NCBI GenBank assembly: GCA_950097015.1
Contig: CATNEN010000038.1
Span: forward strand, 2,542,001-2,606,000
Origin: Macrostomum hystrix
Taxonomy: Eukaryota; Animalia; Platyhelminthes
Length of the DNA stretch: 64,000 nucleotides
Direction: 5' to 3'
Below the pieces are notes generated by a model. The model worked only from the letters and a program-made list of their open reading frames with translations, had not been told where the DNA came from and did no database searches. Positions 36,121-51,126 of this stretch are shown here, in pieces; position 1 is the stretch's first letter; every line of letters starts with the position of its first letter. A program made the position numbers and the translations under genes.

Positions 36121-37101
36121 CATGACTTATATTCTCAGTGAACTCTTACTCAACTTACATGATTATCCCACACTTTTAGACTAATTTTCCCAATTAAATG
36201 AGGCCGGTGTCTTGAAATCCAAGCTGCACCCTGTTCTGCTGCCCATTGATTCGGCCTGAGCTGCTGTTGTCACGATCACGCCCAGTGACTCAGCTTTGCT
36301 CAGCTAAGGAATGAAATCTCAGGCCAACCTAACTGTCAACCTTTTCTCAGCATTTGCTGGACCTTTCTCTTGATTCATCTACTAGAAGACAGTCCGCAAT
36401 CCTACAGGGAAATTAGCACGCAGCACGCAGCGGCACTCCAATCATTGCAACTGGGAGCAGCGGCCAAGTTGGGAGAAAAGGGATAGAAATTAATTACCCC
36501 AGATAAAAACTGGGCGGGTCCTGCTGGTCATTTCAATGCTAAAATTATCCGAGAAAAATACACTAAAATAGATAGTGTTGAAGCTTATAGACTAGAAATG
36601 AATAGAGTAAAACTTTGCTGCTTTCAATGGATGTGCAAATTTTTATTGATTTCTAACACCACCCACATTGAGTCGTCTGTGTCAGCGACTGCGCGCGCGC
36701 GTGTGTGTAGCCACCTGCTCGCTGATGAATTCATTAATAGAATTAGCCGAAGTGTCGAAGGCGGTGCTGAGCTCAGACTCAGCCGCAGCTCATTAGGCAT
36801 TCCGCTGGTGGCGGCAGCTCAAGAAAGCATTGCCGCGGCAGCCATCGCCGAAAGCTCATTTCGAATTCAATTGTTAGGCGTCAAGCGAGAGTGAAATGAA
36901 ACCCCGCTGACGATGGGGGGTCTCCGTGCTCCCCTGGGGATCTGGGGCCGCCTCTGTCCCGTCGGGATTTCCCCGTCATTTGCCGGCTTGCCGGCGGAAC
37001 AGTAAAAAAAGTTGGCCGCGGGCTTGATGGCAACCCCATCAGCATCTGGGGAGATTTAAATAGCCGACTCGAGCAGCCGTAACGTGTGATCTTCAGCCAA
37101 C

Positions 37102-37244
37102 ATGGATTTCACTTCAGCATCGGCTGCGGCTGCGGCTATGGCTGCGGCTGCTGCCGCTGCAGCTGCGGCGGCTGCCACAACTGTACGGTCAACTAGCTCT
37201 GACTATCAGCATCACTGCCATCCGCCTGGAGCTTGGTCAACAAT

Positions 37245-37306
<62 letters not shown>

Positions 37307-40209
37307 TTCTCTATAATCAGACTGGTCAAAGCCCGCACGACTACGAATGCCTCCTAAGTGACGGCGCTAGGTGAGATTAATTGCTGTCTGACACTCACCC
37401 AGTTCAGTCTGACACTCACCCAGTTCAGTCTGACACTCACCCAGTTCAGTCTGACACTCACCCAGTTCAGTCTGACACTCACCAAGTTCAGTCTGATACT
37501 CACCCAGTTCAGTCTGACACTCACCCAGTTCAGTCTGACACTCACCCAGTTCAGTCTGACACTCACCCAGTTCAGTCTGACACTCACCCAGTTCAGTCTG
37601 ACACTCACCCAGTTCAGTCTGACACTCACCCAGTTCAGTCTGACACTCACCCAGTTCAGTCTGACACTCACCCAGTTCAGTCTGACACTCACCCAGTTCA
37701 GTCTGACACTCACCTAGTTCAGTCTGACACTCACCCAGTTCAGTCTGACACTCACCCAGTTCAGCCTGACACTCACCCAGTTCAGCCTGACACTCACCCA
37801 ATTCAGTCTGACACTCACCCAGTTCAGTCTGACACTCACCCAGTTCAGTCTGACACTCACCTAGTTCAGTCTGACACTCACCCAGTTCAGTCTGACACTC
37901 AGCCAGCTCAGTCTGACACTCAGCCAGCTCAGTCTGACACTCACCCTTGATCTCCTGTTTCCCAGCGCCCCGGCCGACGCCAAGCGTGAGAAGTCACGTG
38001 ACGCCGCTCGCCACAGGCGCGGCCGCGAGAACCTGGAATTCTTGGCCGTCGCCCGCCTGCTGCCGCTGCACCCGGAGATCGCCCGCCAACTGGACAAGGC
38101 CTCCGTCATCCGGCTGGCCGTCAGCTTCCTGAAGCTGCGCCAGCTGGCGAGATGCGGCCAGCCCAGCTGGTCACCGGAGAAACCTCAGGGCGACGACAAG
38201 GCGGAAACGGCCGACCTCGGCGGCCTCATTCTGCAGGCGGTTGACGGCTTCCTGTTGATCCTGGGCACCGACCTGACCATCCTGTACATCTCTGAGACTG
38301 TGTCCATTTTCCTTGGCCAATCACAGGTGGATATGACTGGCAATGATCTGATTGGCTATGTACACTCGGCCGATCACGCAGAACTCATCGATCACACGGA
38401 CAGACTGATGGGACGGGCCGGAGCCTGCAAGGAGCACGGTGAGTAGACTCAATCATTCAGTGATGAAGGATAGTGGGTAGCAGGTGAGTAGACTCAATCA
38501 TTCAGTGATGAAGGATAGTGGGTTGCAGGTGAGTAGACTCAATCATTCAGTGATGAAGGATAGTGGGTTGCAGGTGAGTAGACTCAATCATTCAGTGATG
38601 AAGGATAGTGGGTTGAGAACGTGAGATGTAACATGAGTACGATAGTCCACAATGTTACTGTTTGCAGCTCTGGACATGGAGAACATTTGTGTTCGCCTGC
38701 GCTCCAACCTTGGCAAACGCAACGCCCAGGTGCCAATCTCTGGCTATAGGGTAAGTAGTCATTCGATAGTCAACCTCACAAGGACTACTTAAAGTAGATT
38801 GATAAGAAAGACGCAGTTCGTGGATTTCCCATTTTCCCAACTTCAACTCGCTATGAACAACACAATGGATAAATTCGGCTTTAAAAACTCAATTTCCAAA
38901 CTTGTAAGCTGCAAGGCCTGGCTTGTCTGACTATTCCAGACAGTGCAGCTTCACTGTCAACGCCGCGTGGACTCAACCAGCGGCCAGCCGCTAGGCCTGG
39001 TTGCCTTGGCAACCGCCCTGCCATCGCTGGCGCTGAGCGAGCTCTACCTGCCAGTGAACACCTGCGTCCTGAGGCTGGATGAGAAATTCTGCATCGTGCT
39101 GGGAGACTCAAGGCAAGCCATGAGAAATGAGAAATGAGAAATGGTTGAGAACCCCGCACAATAGACACCGTTCTAATCCTGACTAATCATCGTGTTGCAG
39201 CAAGCACTCCTGCCAGGAATTGAGCGTGACCGTGCCCTCCTCGCTGTACCAGTACATCTTCCCGCAACACCTGGAAGCATTGCGGTGTGCTCATCGCGAC
39301 GGTGAGTCCAATTTTCGTAAATCTTGGACCCTTCCTGGATTTGGATTTCCTGTGACCAACTCGTGCCTCAAAAGGAACTTATCTTTATCTGGATTAGGAG
39401 TTCCCTATACACTCCCAAGATTAAAAGCTGATAAAATGGTTGTAGCTTATAATAATTGCAGGAGGGCTGCAGGCAATGGCACATCATTTGGTGACACTAG
39501 ACCCGCAGCCAGCGAGGAGGCAATTCTGCCCATTTCGCTGGCTCCTGAGCTCACACGCTCACACAGGTGTGTACATCCGCCCTGACTTTCTCATCGTCCG
39601 GCAGTGTACACTCTTTCTTTGCCTTGAAGGTTGGCCCTCTAGGGCGTAAATTTCATGACAAGCCCCCAAGCCTTCTCTCCGCGGCTGCGCCCCAAATGAA
39701 TGTGGCCTCGCCGCGGAATCGAGTTTAGGGACTGCGGTGGGTGCGTGAGGCAAACGCGTTAACCGCTCTGCCACCGATGATATAATCATATAATAATATG
39801 ATTTTTTATTGTTGTAGCTCAGTTTATATTGACGAAATCACGACTTGAAGGCCGGGTATTCGATTCCCGAATTAGCTGTTACAATTTGTGTCCTGTATCA
39901 AGACAATACAGGACATTGCTACATTGCTTCAGTTTACCCGGCTGTAAAATTGGTAGCAGCATTAGCTGGGGTAATTGAAGGTGGGTGTGGGGTCTTCACA
40001 GTCCATGGACTGAACAGCCGTACGCAGCCATCAGATGCGCGGCGCAATAGCTGCGGCTGTGCTTGTCGGCTGCACATCTGACCCAATCGGGGCAGGTGTA
40101 ATTAACTATTTTCATTGTTAATCCATTCCTGGATTAAGGTTAAGCCATAATCTGATGTTTCAGTGATGAAGCTTGGCCAGACCCTCACTCTGCCAGTGGG
40201 CTGGATGCC

Positions 40210-40242
<33 letters not shown>

Positions 40243-40351
40243 GAACTACCTGTGGGTGCAGTTCTGCATGAATGCAGTGTTTGATTCCAAAGCTAAGCTG
40301 CAGAGCCGGCAGCCCAAGGCCATAATTGCCGTAGCCTATATTTTGGGCTGA
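37102..40351 (+). CDS. trh: bHLH-PAS transcription factor, trachealess/NPAS1/3-like. Exons 37102-37370, 37966-38438, 38668-38750, 38940-39112, 39201-39301, 40164-40351
   Basis: bHLH KREKSRDAARHRRGRENLEF..LLPL...QLDKASVIRLAVSFLKLR; PAS-A LQAVDGFLLIL...LYISETVSIFLGQSQVDMTG; CVRLRSNLGKR..SGYR; LGLVALATALP; PAS-B/PAC KLGQ...YLWVQ...IIAVAYIL. All joins are phase-consistent. Confidence 0.88.
37385..37946. repeat. 21-bp minisatellite CAGTCTGACACTCACCCAGTT filling intron 1 of the bHLH-PAS gene
   Basis: About 27 units, starting ~15 nt after the donor and ending ~20 nt before the acceptor. Confidence 0.97.
38439..38615 (+). repeat. Four 45-bp tandem units starting at the splice donor; the first three are each GTGAGT...CAG
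   Basis: Units 38439-38483, 38484-38528, 38529-38573 and a partial 38574-38615. Confidence 0.95.
39449..39777 (-). mobile_element. SINE family 1, near full-length copy
   Basis: tRNA-like head, body, structured 3' end and (ATT)n tail. Confidence 0.9.
39812..40110 (+). mobile_element. SINE family 2 (CORE-like), diverged copy
   Basis: B box TTCGATTCCC; collinear with the 48381 copy. Confidence 0.8.
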
Positions 40352-40539
40352 GCAAATTTAACTTCACATAAGCCACCAATGATCATTTTACACGTCAGCG
40401 CAAATGGACAAAATAAACTATAGAGCCTAATACGTCAGACACCTTCGAGAATTGGATAATTTCACTGTCTCTACGCACGATTTAAAATATAGGCAACTTA
40501 AAATACCACTATAAGTGGTTGGTAACATTTCTAAACATT

Positions 40540-41305
40540 GTCTCAGTTGTTATAGAGGTGTCTGAGTTGTTATAGAGGTGTCTGAGTTGTTATAGAGGTG
40601 TCTGAGTTGTTATAGAGGTGTCTGAGTTGTTATAGAGGCGTCTGAGTTGTTATTAAAGAGGTGTCTGAGTTGTTAATAGTTAGGTGTCTGAGTTTTTTAT
40701 ATTGAGGTGTCTGAGCCAGTACAGAGGTGTCTGTGCCAGTACTGAGGTTTCTGTGCCAGTACAGAGGTGTCTGTGCCAGTACTGAGGTGTCTGTGCCAGT
40801 ACTTAGGTGTCTGTGCCAGTACTGAGGTGTCTGTGCCAGTACTGAGGTGTCTGTGCCAGTACAGAGGTGTCTGTGCCAGTACAGAGGTGTCTGTGCCAGT
40901 ACTGAGGTGTCTGTGCCAGTACTGAGGTGTCTGTGCCAGTACTGAGATGTCTGTGCCAGTACAGAGGTGTCTGTGCCAGTACTGAGGTGTCTGTGCCAGT
41001 ACTGAAGTGTCTGTGCCAGTACTGAGGTGTCTGAGCCAGTACAGAGGTGTCTGTGACAGTACCGAGGTGTCTGTGACAGTACCGAGGTGTCTGTGCCAGT
41101 ACTGAGGTGTCTGTGCCAGTACTGAGGTGTCTGTGCCAGTACTGAGGTGTCTGTGCCAGTACTGAGGTGTCTGTGCCAGTACTGAGGTGTCTGTGCCAGT
41201 ACTGAGGTGTCTGTGACAGTACAGAGGTGTCTGTGCCAGTACTGAGGTGTCTGTGACAGTACTGAGGTGTCTGTGCCAGTACTGAGGTGTCTGTGACAGT
41301 ACTGA
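40540..41305. repeat. Compound 20-bp minisatellite: GAGTTGTTATAGAGGTGTCT changing to GTGCCAGTACTGAGGTGTCT
   Basis: Two unit types share GAGGTGTCTG and the same period. Confidence 0.95.
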
Positions 41306-41680
41306 TATAACAAGTCATAAAAAATCAAGCACTCCGACTAACAGTAGCGAGTAAAGCATCAGACTGAATTAATTTGATTTAAATTGTAGCGCAGCATTGA
41401 ATCGCACGTCTACAAACTAAGATTTTGAATGTCTACCTTCATTAAGGTTATAATTATATTATCTTGTATTGTTAACTTGTATCTCAATTTCACAATAGAT
41501 GGACTTAGGCTTGTACTACTATTAACGTTTGAAAAGATTTTCTAGGAAAACTAGCAAGTTTTATAGGCCTACCAAAGAAATAGGTTCATAAGTTGATTCC
41601 CAACAATGGGAGAACGGAGGCTCACGAAAAGCAAGCTATAAGTGTGAATAAGGTGTCTCTAGATCCAGTTAACATTAGCC

Positions 41681-42010
41681 TCAGAGCGAGTGCACGTGGA
41701 AGCCGTGTGGGACTCGGCTGTAGCCAACTACGGATCGGCGGCCGATGATCTCGCCGAAGAAGAACCAGCAGGTGACTTCGACGGCCACGCCAACACTGAC
41801 GAGGCACTGCGGGATGGTCAGCTCGCGCCAGCGCTGCTGCCTGGCGGCCTGCATCAGCTTGCCGAAGTCGGCGGCTATCTGAGGCACCTCCGAGGGAGTC
41901 GGCGGCTTCAGTTCGACCCGGGCGTAGCGCCAGAACTTCGACAGCTTCGGGCCAGCGGCGCGAAGGCCGGTCTGGGTGGCCGAGGTCACGGACTTCACTA
42001 GGGCGCTCAT
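41681..42010 (-). CDS. ATP5MG: Mitochondrial ATP synthase subunit g (ATP5L/ATP5MG), single coding exon
   Basis: MSALVK...PKLSKFWRYARVELKPPTPSEVP...WRELT..CL..VAVEVTCWFFFGEIIGRRSVVGY, the subunit-g signature with ExxG/GxxxG; ATG in gcagccATG context. Confidence 0.95.
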   Translation of the reverse strand: MSALVKSVTSATQTGLRAAGPKLSKFWRYARVELKPPTPSEVPQIAADFGKLMQAARQQRWRELTIPQCLVSVGVAVEVTCWFFFGEIIGRRSVVGYSRVPHGFHVHSL

Positions 42011-42029
42011 GGCTGCAACGGGATGAAAA

Positions 42030-42360
42030 TTGGGGATCTGGGATTGAGTCTGGGGACATTGGGATCTGGGATTGAGTCTGTGGACACTGGGATCTGGGAT
42101 TGAGTCTGTGGACACTGGGATCTGGGATTAGTCTGCGGACATAGGGATATTAAACTGAGGCTGCGGATATGTTAATCGAAATAGCGAATATGGGGATCCG
42201 TAATTGAATCTGCGGACACTGGGATCTGGGATTTTGTCTGCGGACATTGGGAACTGGGATCGAGTGTGTGGGCAGGGGAATCTAAGATTGATTCTATGGA
42301 TATGGGAATCTGAGATTGAGTCTGTGTACATGTGGATCTGGGATTTGGTCTGCGGACAAA
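42030..42360. repeat. ~28-bp degenerate repeat GGGATCTGGGATTGAGTCTGTGGACACT
   Basis: Tandem units just upstream of the subunit g acceptor. Confidence 0.8.
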
Positions 42361-42816
42361 GTCTCGTGGTCTACAATTCTACAAAAGACAAGAGGAAAGC
42401 AAGTGCAAAAGTAAAGAGAATAAGTCACGAGTGTTTTTAAAATGTTCCTAAAGCAGTCACAGGGGCGGACAAACTGCAGCGTGAACGCAAATGTATTTGA
42501 TTTTAAATTACGACAGTAAAGGGCGTTCTATCTACTAGCACAGTAGTAGTAGCAGTAGCACTAAGTTTCAAACTCGGTAGATTCTTTAAATTAAGAGATA
42601 GATTATGACTAAAGGTAACAATATTAGGTGTTCAAAATAGATTAGAAAATATAGAACTAGCAGACCATTCAGCCAGAAAAAACTCTACTTAAGTGCGACT
42701 TTTTATTTTTATGATAACTATCGATCTAAATGTTATGCTACTACAAGTAGGTTATTATGTAGATAAGCCAGCTCAAGGAAATGTTCAGAAGCACAGTGAA
42801 GGGCATTGAAAACACT

Positions 42817-43345
42817 TCTCTGAAGCATCAGGGATTGGAATCCCGGATTTCTCTGAAGCATCAGGGATTGGAATCCCGGATTTCTCTGAAGCATCAGGGA
42901 TTGGAATCCCGGATTTCTCTGAAGCATCAGGGATTGGAATCCCGGATTTCTCTGAAGCATCAGGAATTGGAATCCCGGATTTCTCTGAAGCATCAGGGAT
43001 TGGAATCCCGGATTTCTCTGAAGCATCAGGCATTGGAATCCCGGATTTCTCTGAAGCATCAGGGATTGGAATCCCGGATTTCTCTGAAGCATCAGGGATT
43101 GGAATCCCGGATTTCTCTGAAGCATCAGGGATTGGAATCCCGGATTTCTCTGAAGCATCAGGGGTGTCGGAATCCCAGATTTCTCTGAAGCATCAGGAAT
43201 TGGAATCCCGGATTTCTCTGAAGCATCAGGGATTGGAATCCCGGATTTCTCTGAAGCATCAGGAATTGGAATCCCGGATTTCTCTGAAGCATCAGGGGTG
43301 TCGGAATCCAGGATTTCTCTGAAGCATCAGGGGATTGAAATCCCG
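42817..43345. repeat. 33-bp minisatellite TCTCTGAAGCATCAGGGATTGGAATCCCGGATT
   Basis: About 16 units between the beta and g genes; internal hairpin GGGATT-GG-AATCCC. Confidence 0.96.
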
Positions 43346-43458
43346 GCTCATCTAAAAAACTACAATGCAATAGCCAAAACTAGTGTAAAAAACAGCAGTC
43401 AACAATAACTTATCAATCAGGATGGACCTAAAAGTTAGAAAATGACCGGATTCAAAAT

Positions 43459-47474
<4,016 letters not shown>

Positions 47475-48380
47475 GTTTAGATTGATTATTTGTACATTCA
47501 CTGTCAAGTTATCAGGTATAGGCTATCAAGCTAAAGGTAGAATTGTGCCAAAGTATTTGTTAGTCCACATAGCTCCTGAAAAGAACATCTTTATTTTTTA
47601 ACTTCCCTAACTTAAAAAAAACTAGTTTCCTCCCTATTGACTATATAAAGGTATTATTCAACTACACGGATACTATAGACTATATTCTCATTCTGTTAGT
47701 TCTACTATGCAATTATTTTCATTACATCTATAAAACAGCAAAAAACATACCAATCTGATTTGTAAAGTTGAATGTGTTAGATTAAATATGTAAAAGCACA
47801 GAGCCTTCAAGTGGGATTCTCATATCTCAAACTGAATAATTTTAAGTCAGTAAGAATAAAGTAATATATTAAAGAATACTTAAGCAATATCAAAAGAGAC
47901 TTATGAAAGATATGTGACTTGCCATTTAAATGTTTTTGTAGTTTTTCTAATATAAACTAGCTTGCTGAATAGGGGAATCACTATAAGCACTTTCTTTTAC
48001 CATGCTTATATTTTTCTATTTGCTGGTTGTTAAATTCTAAGGAGCAGCCAAACTTAAATTTACCTCATATGATAGAGTTGACTGAGGCATGAGCAACAAC
48101 AAATCCAATAACCAAGCAGATGAGATTTAGGGCCAAAAAAAACAGTTTTTAGATGTTTCATTTTTAGCTCTAGGCATTCATCACTTTTAATAGCACTTGA
48201 AATTGACCTGTCTATTGTTAGCTTATATTAAGTTATAAAAATGTTTTAGTTACTAAAAAGAGTTTTTTAATAATTGACAATTTTCAATTTTTTCTTTCTA
48301 ATAATTTTTGGCTTTTTTATTTTCTGAATACTAACTAGTAAGATTAAAGACAGTGAAGACTTAGTACTACTACTAACTAA

Positions 48381-48699
48381 GAGAGGTTGTAGCCTAGTGG
48401 TTAGGGCATCAGACTCTTGACTCAAAGGTCAGGGGTTCGATTCCCAACTCCACTGGAACAATTTGTGTCCTTTAGCAAGACACTAAACTCTACATTTCTT
48501 CAGTTTACCCAGCTGTTAAATGGGTACCAGCATTAGCTAGGATAATTGAAGGTGGGTGTGGCATCCCGCCCAGTCCATGGACTGAACAGCTGTTTGCAGC
48601 CTTCAGATGCGCTGTGTATTAGCTGCAGCTATGCTGTCAGCTGCACACCTGACCCAATTGGGGCAGGTGTAATCAATTATTATTATTAATATTATTATT
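48381..48699 (+). mobile_element. SINE family 2: tRNA-derived head, CORE-like domain and (ATT)n tail
   Basis: A box TAGCCTAGTGG, B box GGTTCGATTCCC; TGTGTCCTTTAGCAAGACACTAAACTC...CAGTTTACCCAGCTGTTAAATGGG resembles the CORE-SINE domain. Confidence 0.85.
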
Positions 48700-48945
48700 G
48701 CTAAGTATAAAGTAGAGGAAGCTGATTATTATTATTTTATTTTAAATTTGATTCCCATTAGCTATTATTTTACAGCCACATTGAGGAGTAACTCCAGCAT
48801 TACCTGTACCCAAAGAACAGCATTGGGGCCCTCCTCTATTGGATCACTGTTTATTGTGCCATCTAATAATCTGTGTGCTTTACTATAACTTATAACATAC
48901 AACTACCTAACTTAATAATCAGCTTTTGTTACTTAATAATGAGTA

Positions 48946-50061
48946 TAATAATAATAATAATAATTGCAGGACGGCTGCGGGTAATGACACATCATTTTCA
49001 ATGTTTTCATTAGACCTGCAGCCAGCAAGGAAGCAATTCTGCCCATTTCACTGACTCCTGAGCACACACACACACACACAGATACTGTATGCAGGCATAC
49101 GCTCACACAGGTGTATACATCTGCCCTGACTTTCTCATCATCAGACAGTGTATAGGGTAATGTATCATCAACCGAACAAATACTTCAAACCTAAGCTACA
49201 GATTTTCTATTTAAGATATCATGATAAATCAAAAGCCAAGTTATAGAAAACTGTTTTGTCTTTCTAAATAGTATCTGCTTTTGCAATTTTGTCAAATAGA
49301 AAAAAGTTATACATGTTTTTCATCTTAAACCAAACAATGATTTTCATGTATCTTCAAACCAAACAGAGAATTTGATGTTCAGTTTTAAAATTTGAGTGAG
49401 TGGTTTAATCTTATTTTAAGCAGTGATCTATCATGAATTGTCATTTGAAAGCATTTTTCATGCTCTATAAATAACTACATTTATGGTAATTTAATTGGAA
49501 AGCAACCACATACAATCTTAGTCTAAAGTACATGCTGAAAAAATGCTGTCAAAAAGTATGCTTTTGTGATAAAAAATTTTACTGAAACATCCATATCTTT
49601 CTTTCCTTTTAATGCTTCATTGCATGTCATGCCTTAGCTTCTAAATAATTTCATTGACATTCAAAATAGTTGTTCTGTGAAATATAATAGCTTGTTTCTG
49701 TCTTGCACAAGACCAAGGAAGGAGTCAAAATTCTTGTTCGGTTTTGAAGATACACTGTTTGGTTGATGATACATTATCCTACCATAGTCAGGAAGGTGTC
49801 CTATACGTTGGAAAATTCCAGCGTGCATTTACATTAGATAACTTTTGGCGTACATTATTGGCGTGCAAATTTTGGTAAAGTGTATACTTCACTGTGTCTT
49901 GGAGGTTGGCCCTCAAGGGTATAAATTGCACAACAAGCCCTAAAGCCTTCTTTCTGCAGCTGCGCCCCAAATAAATGTGACCTCACTGTGGAATTGAACT
50001 TAGGGACCATGGTGCGAGAGGCAAATGCAATAGGCCTAACCACTGGCACCACTGACCCCCC
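48946..50061 (-). mobile_element. SINE family 1 copy interrupted by a TIR element
   Basis: 3' half at 48946-49154 and 5' half at 49879-50061 are collinear with the other copies. Confidence 0.85.
49155..49779. mobile_element. Non-autonomous DNA transposon (MITE) with ~24-bp TIRs, TA-flanked
   Basis: ta|GGGTAATGTATCATCAACCGAACA ... TGTTTGGTTGATGATACATTATCC|ta; subterminal copies of TCTTCAAACCRAACA; AT-rich interior. Confidence 0.85.
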
Positions 50062-51126
50062 AATAATGAGAAGTACTACCTAAGTATTTGCTATCCTAAA
50101 TCTTACCACTTAGTTTTCAATTGATAAAAAACATAAAAATAATTACATGGGGAAATCTAGAAAACTTTTAGAAAACTAAATAGGCCTACTTAGTCTTTAG
50201 ATTCTTAGAAACTTATAGTTGGGCTAGGCTGGCCAATATTACTATTTAAAAGGGGAACAAAGAATAAATAAGAACCCATAATAACAATAGGCTTAATAAG
50301 CCCAATTTAAGGCCCTGCTACATAATAAAACTGTGGGACTCAAACAATAAGGGACATATGGCAGCTACAGGTAGCTAAGTGAGTAAACACTAATAACTTA
50401 ACAATCAATGGAGAGAAATACAAGACATGTTGCAATTTTTATGTGATGTGACATCTAGCCCAACAGCTTACAATACAAAGGATAGAGGCTAATAAGGCTA
50501 AGACATTAGCCATTAGCTGAAGCTACTAACTTAGCTAGCCATCATAATTATAACAAAAAAATGCAATGTAATATCATGACAACAATTATGACGGGCCTAA
50601 TATTAATAATAATAGTTTGCATATTATAGGCCTAGTTAATTTAATACAATATAAAATAGACATGAAATCAGTGACTAATTTTAGACCGTTACAATCACTA
50701 GTAGGCCTACAAATAAATTTTCGAAAGAAGTCGTAGACATTGCTTGTAAATTATGTTATGTTTCTTGTCATAGCAAAAGTAACCAAGAAAAGAAGAAACA
50801 AACAAAAACAGCAATTACGTCGGAAAATGCCGTTAGGAAGCATTAATTTTAACAAATCTAGTTGTTGTTTTTAGCATAAAAAACAGCTCTACCTTAATTT
50901 ACTTAAATTCAAGCAAGTTTGTTATTTATGTGCTGAGACTATTAATATATTTTAAAATATTGGCTCTTAGTATCCTGTGACTACAAGTTTGGTTTGTTTT
51001 TTAACTTTCTTTATAAAAAATTCCATTCGTTTATAATAAATGTTCTGTTTGCTGTAACAAGGGCATCTTTATAAAACAGGGAACGAGCTCTTAAACATTG
51101 AATCTTGATTAATAGATCACTTTGTA

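Noticed and set aside
42011-42115. N-terminal extension of the subunit g ORF in the ORF track
   Set aside because: It lies in the 28-bp repeat upstream of the splice acceptor; the ATG at 42010 gives the expected ~109-aa protein.
48381-48455. tRNA gene-like sequences (also at 10245 minus and 60987)
   Set aside because: Cloverleaf stems do not pair fully and each continues into a SINE body.
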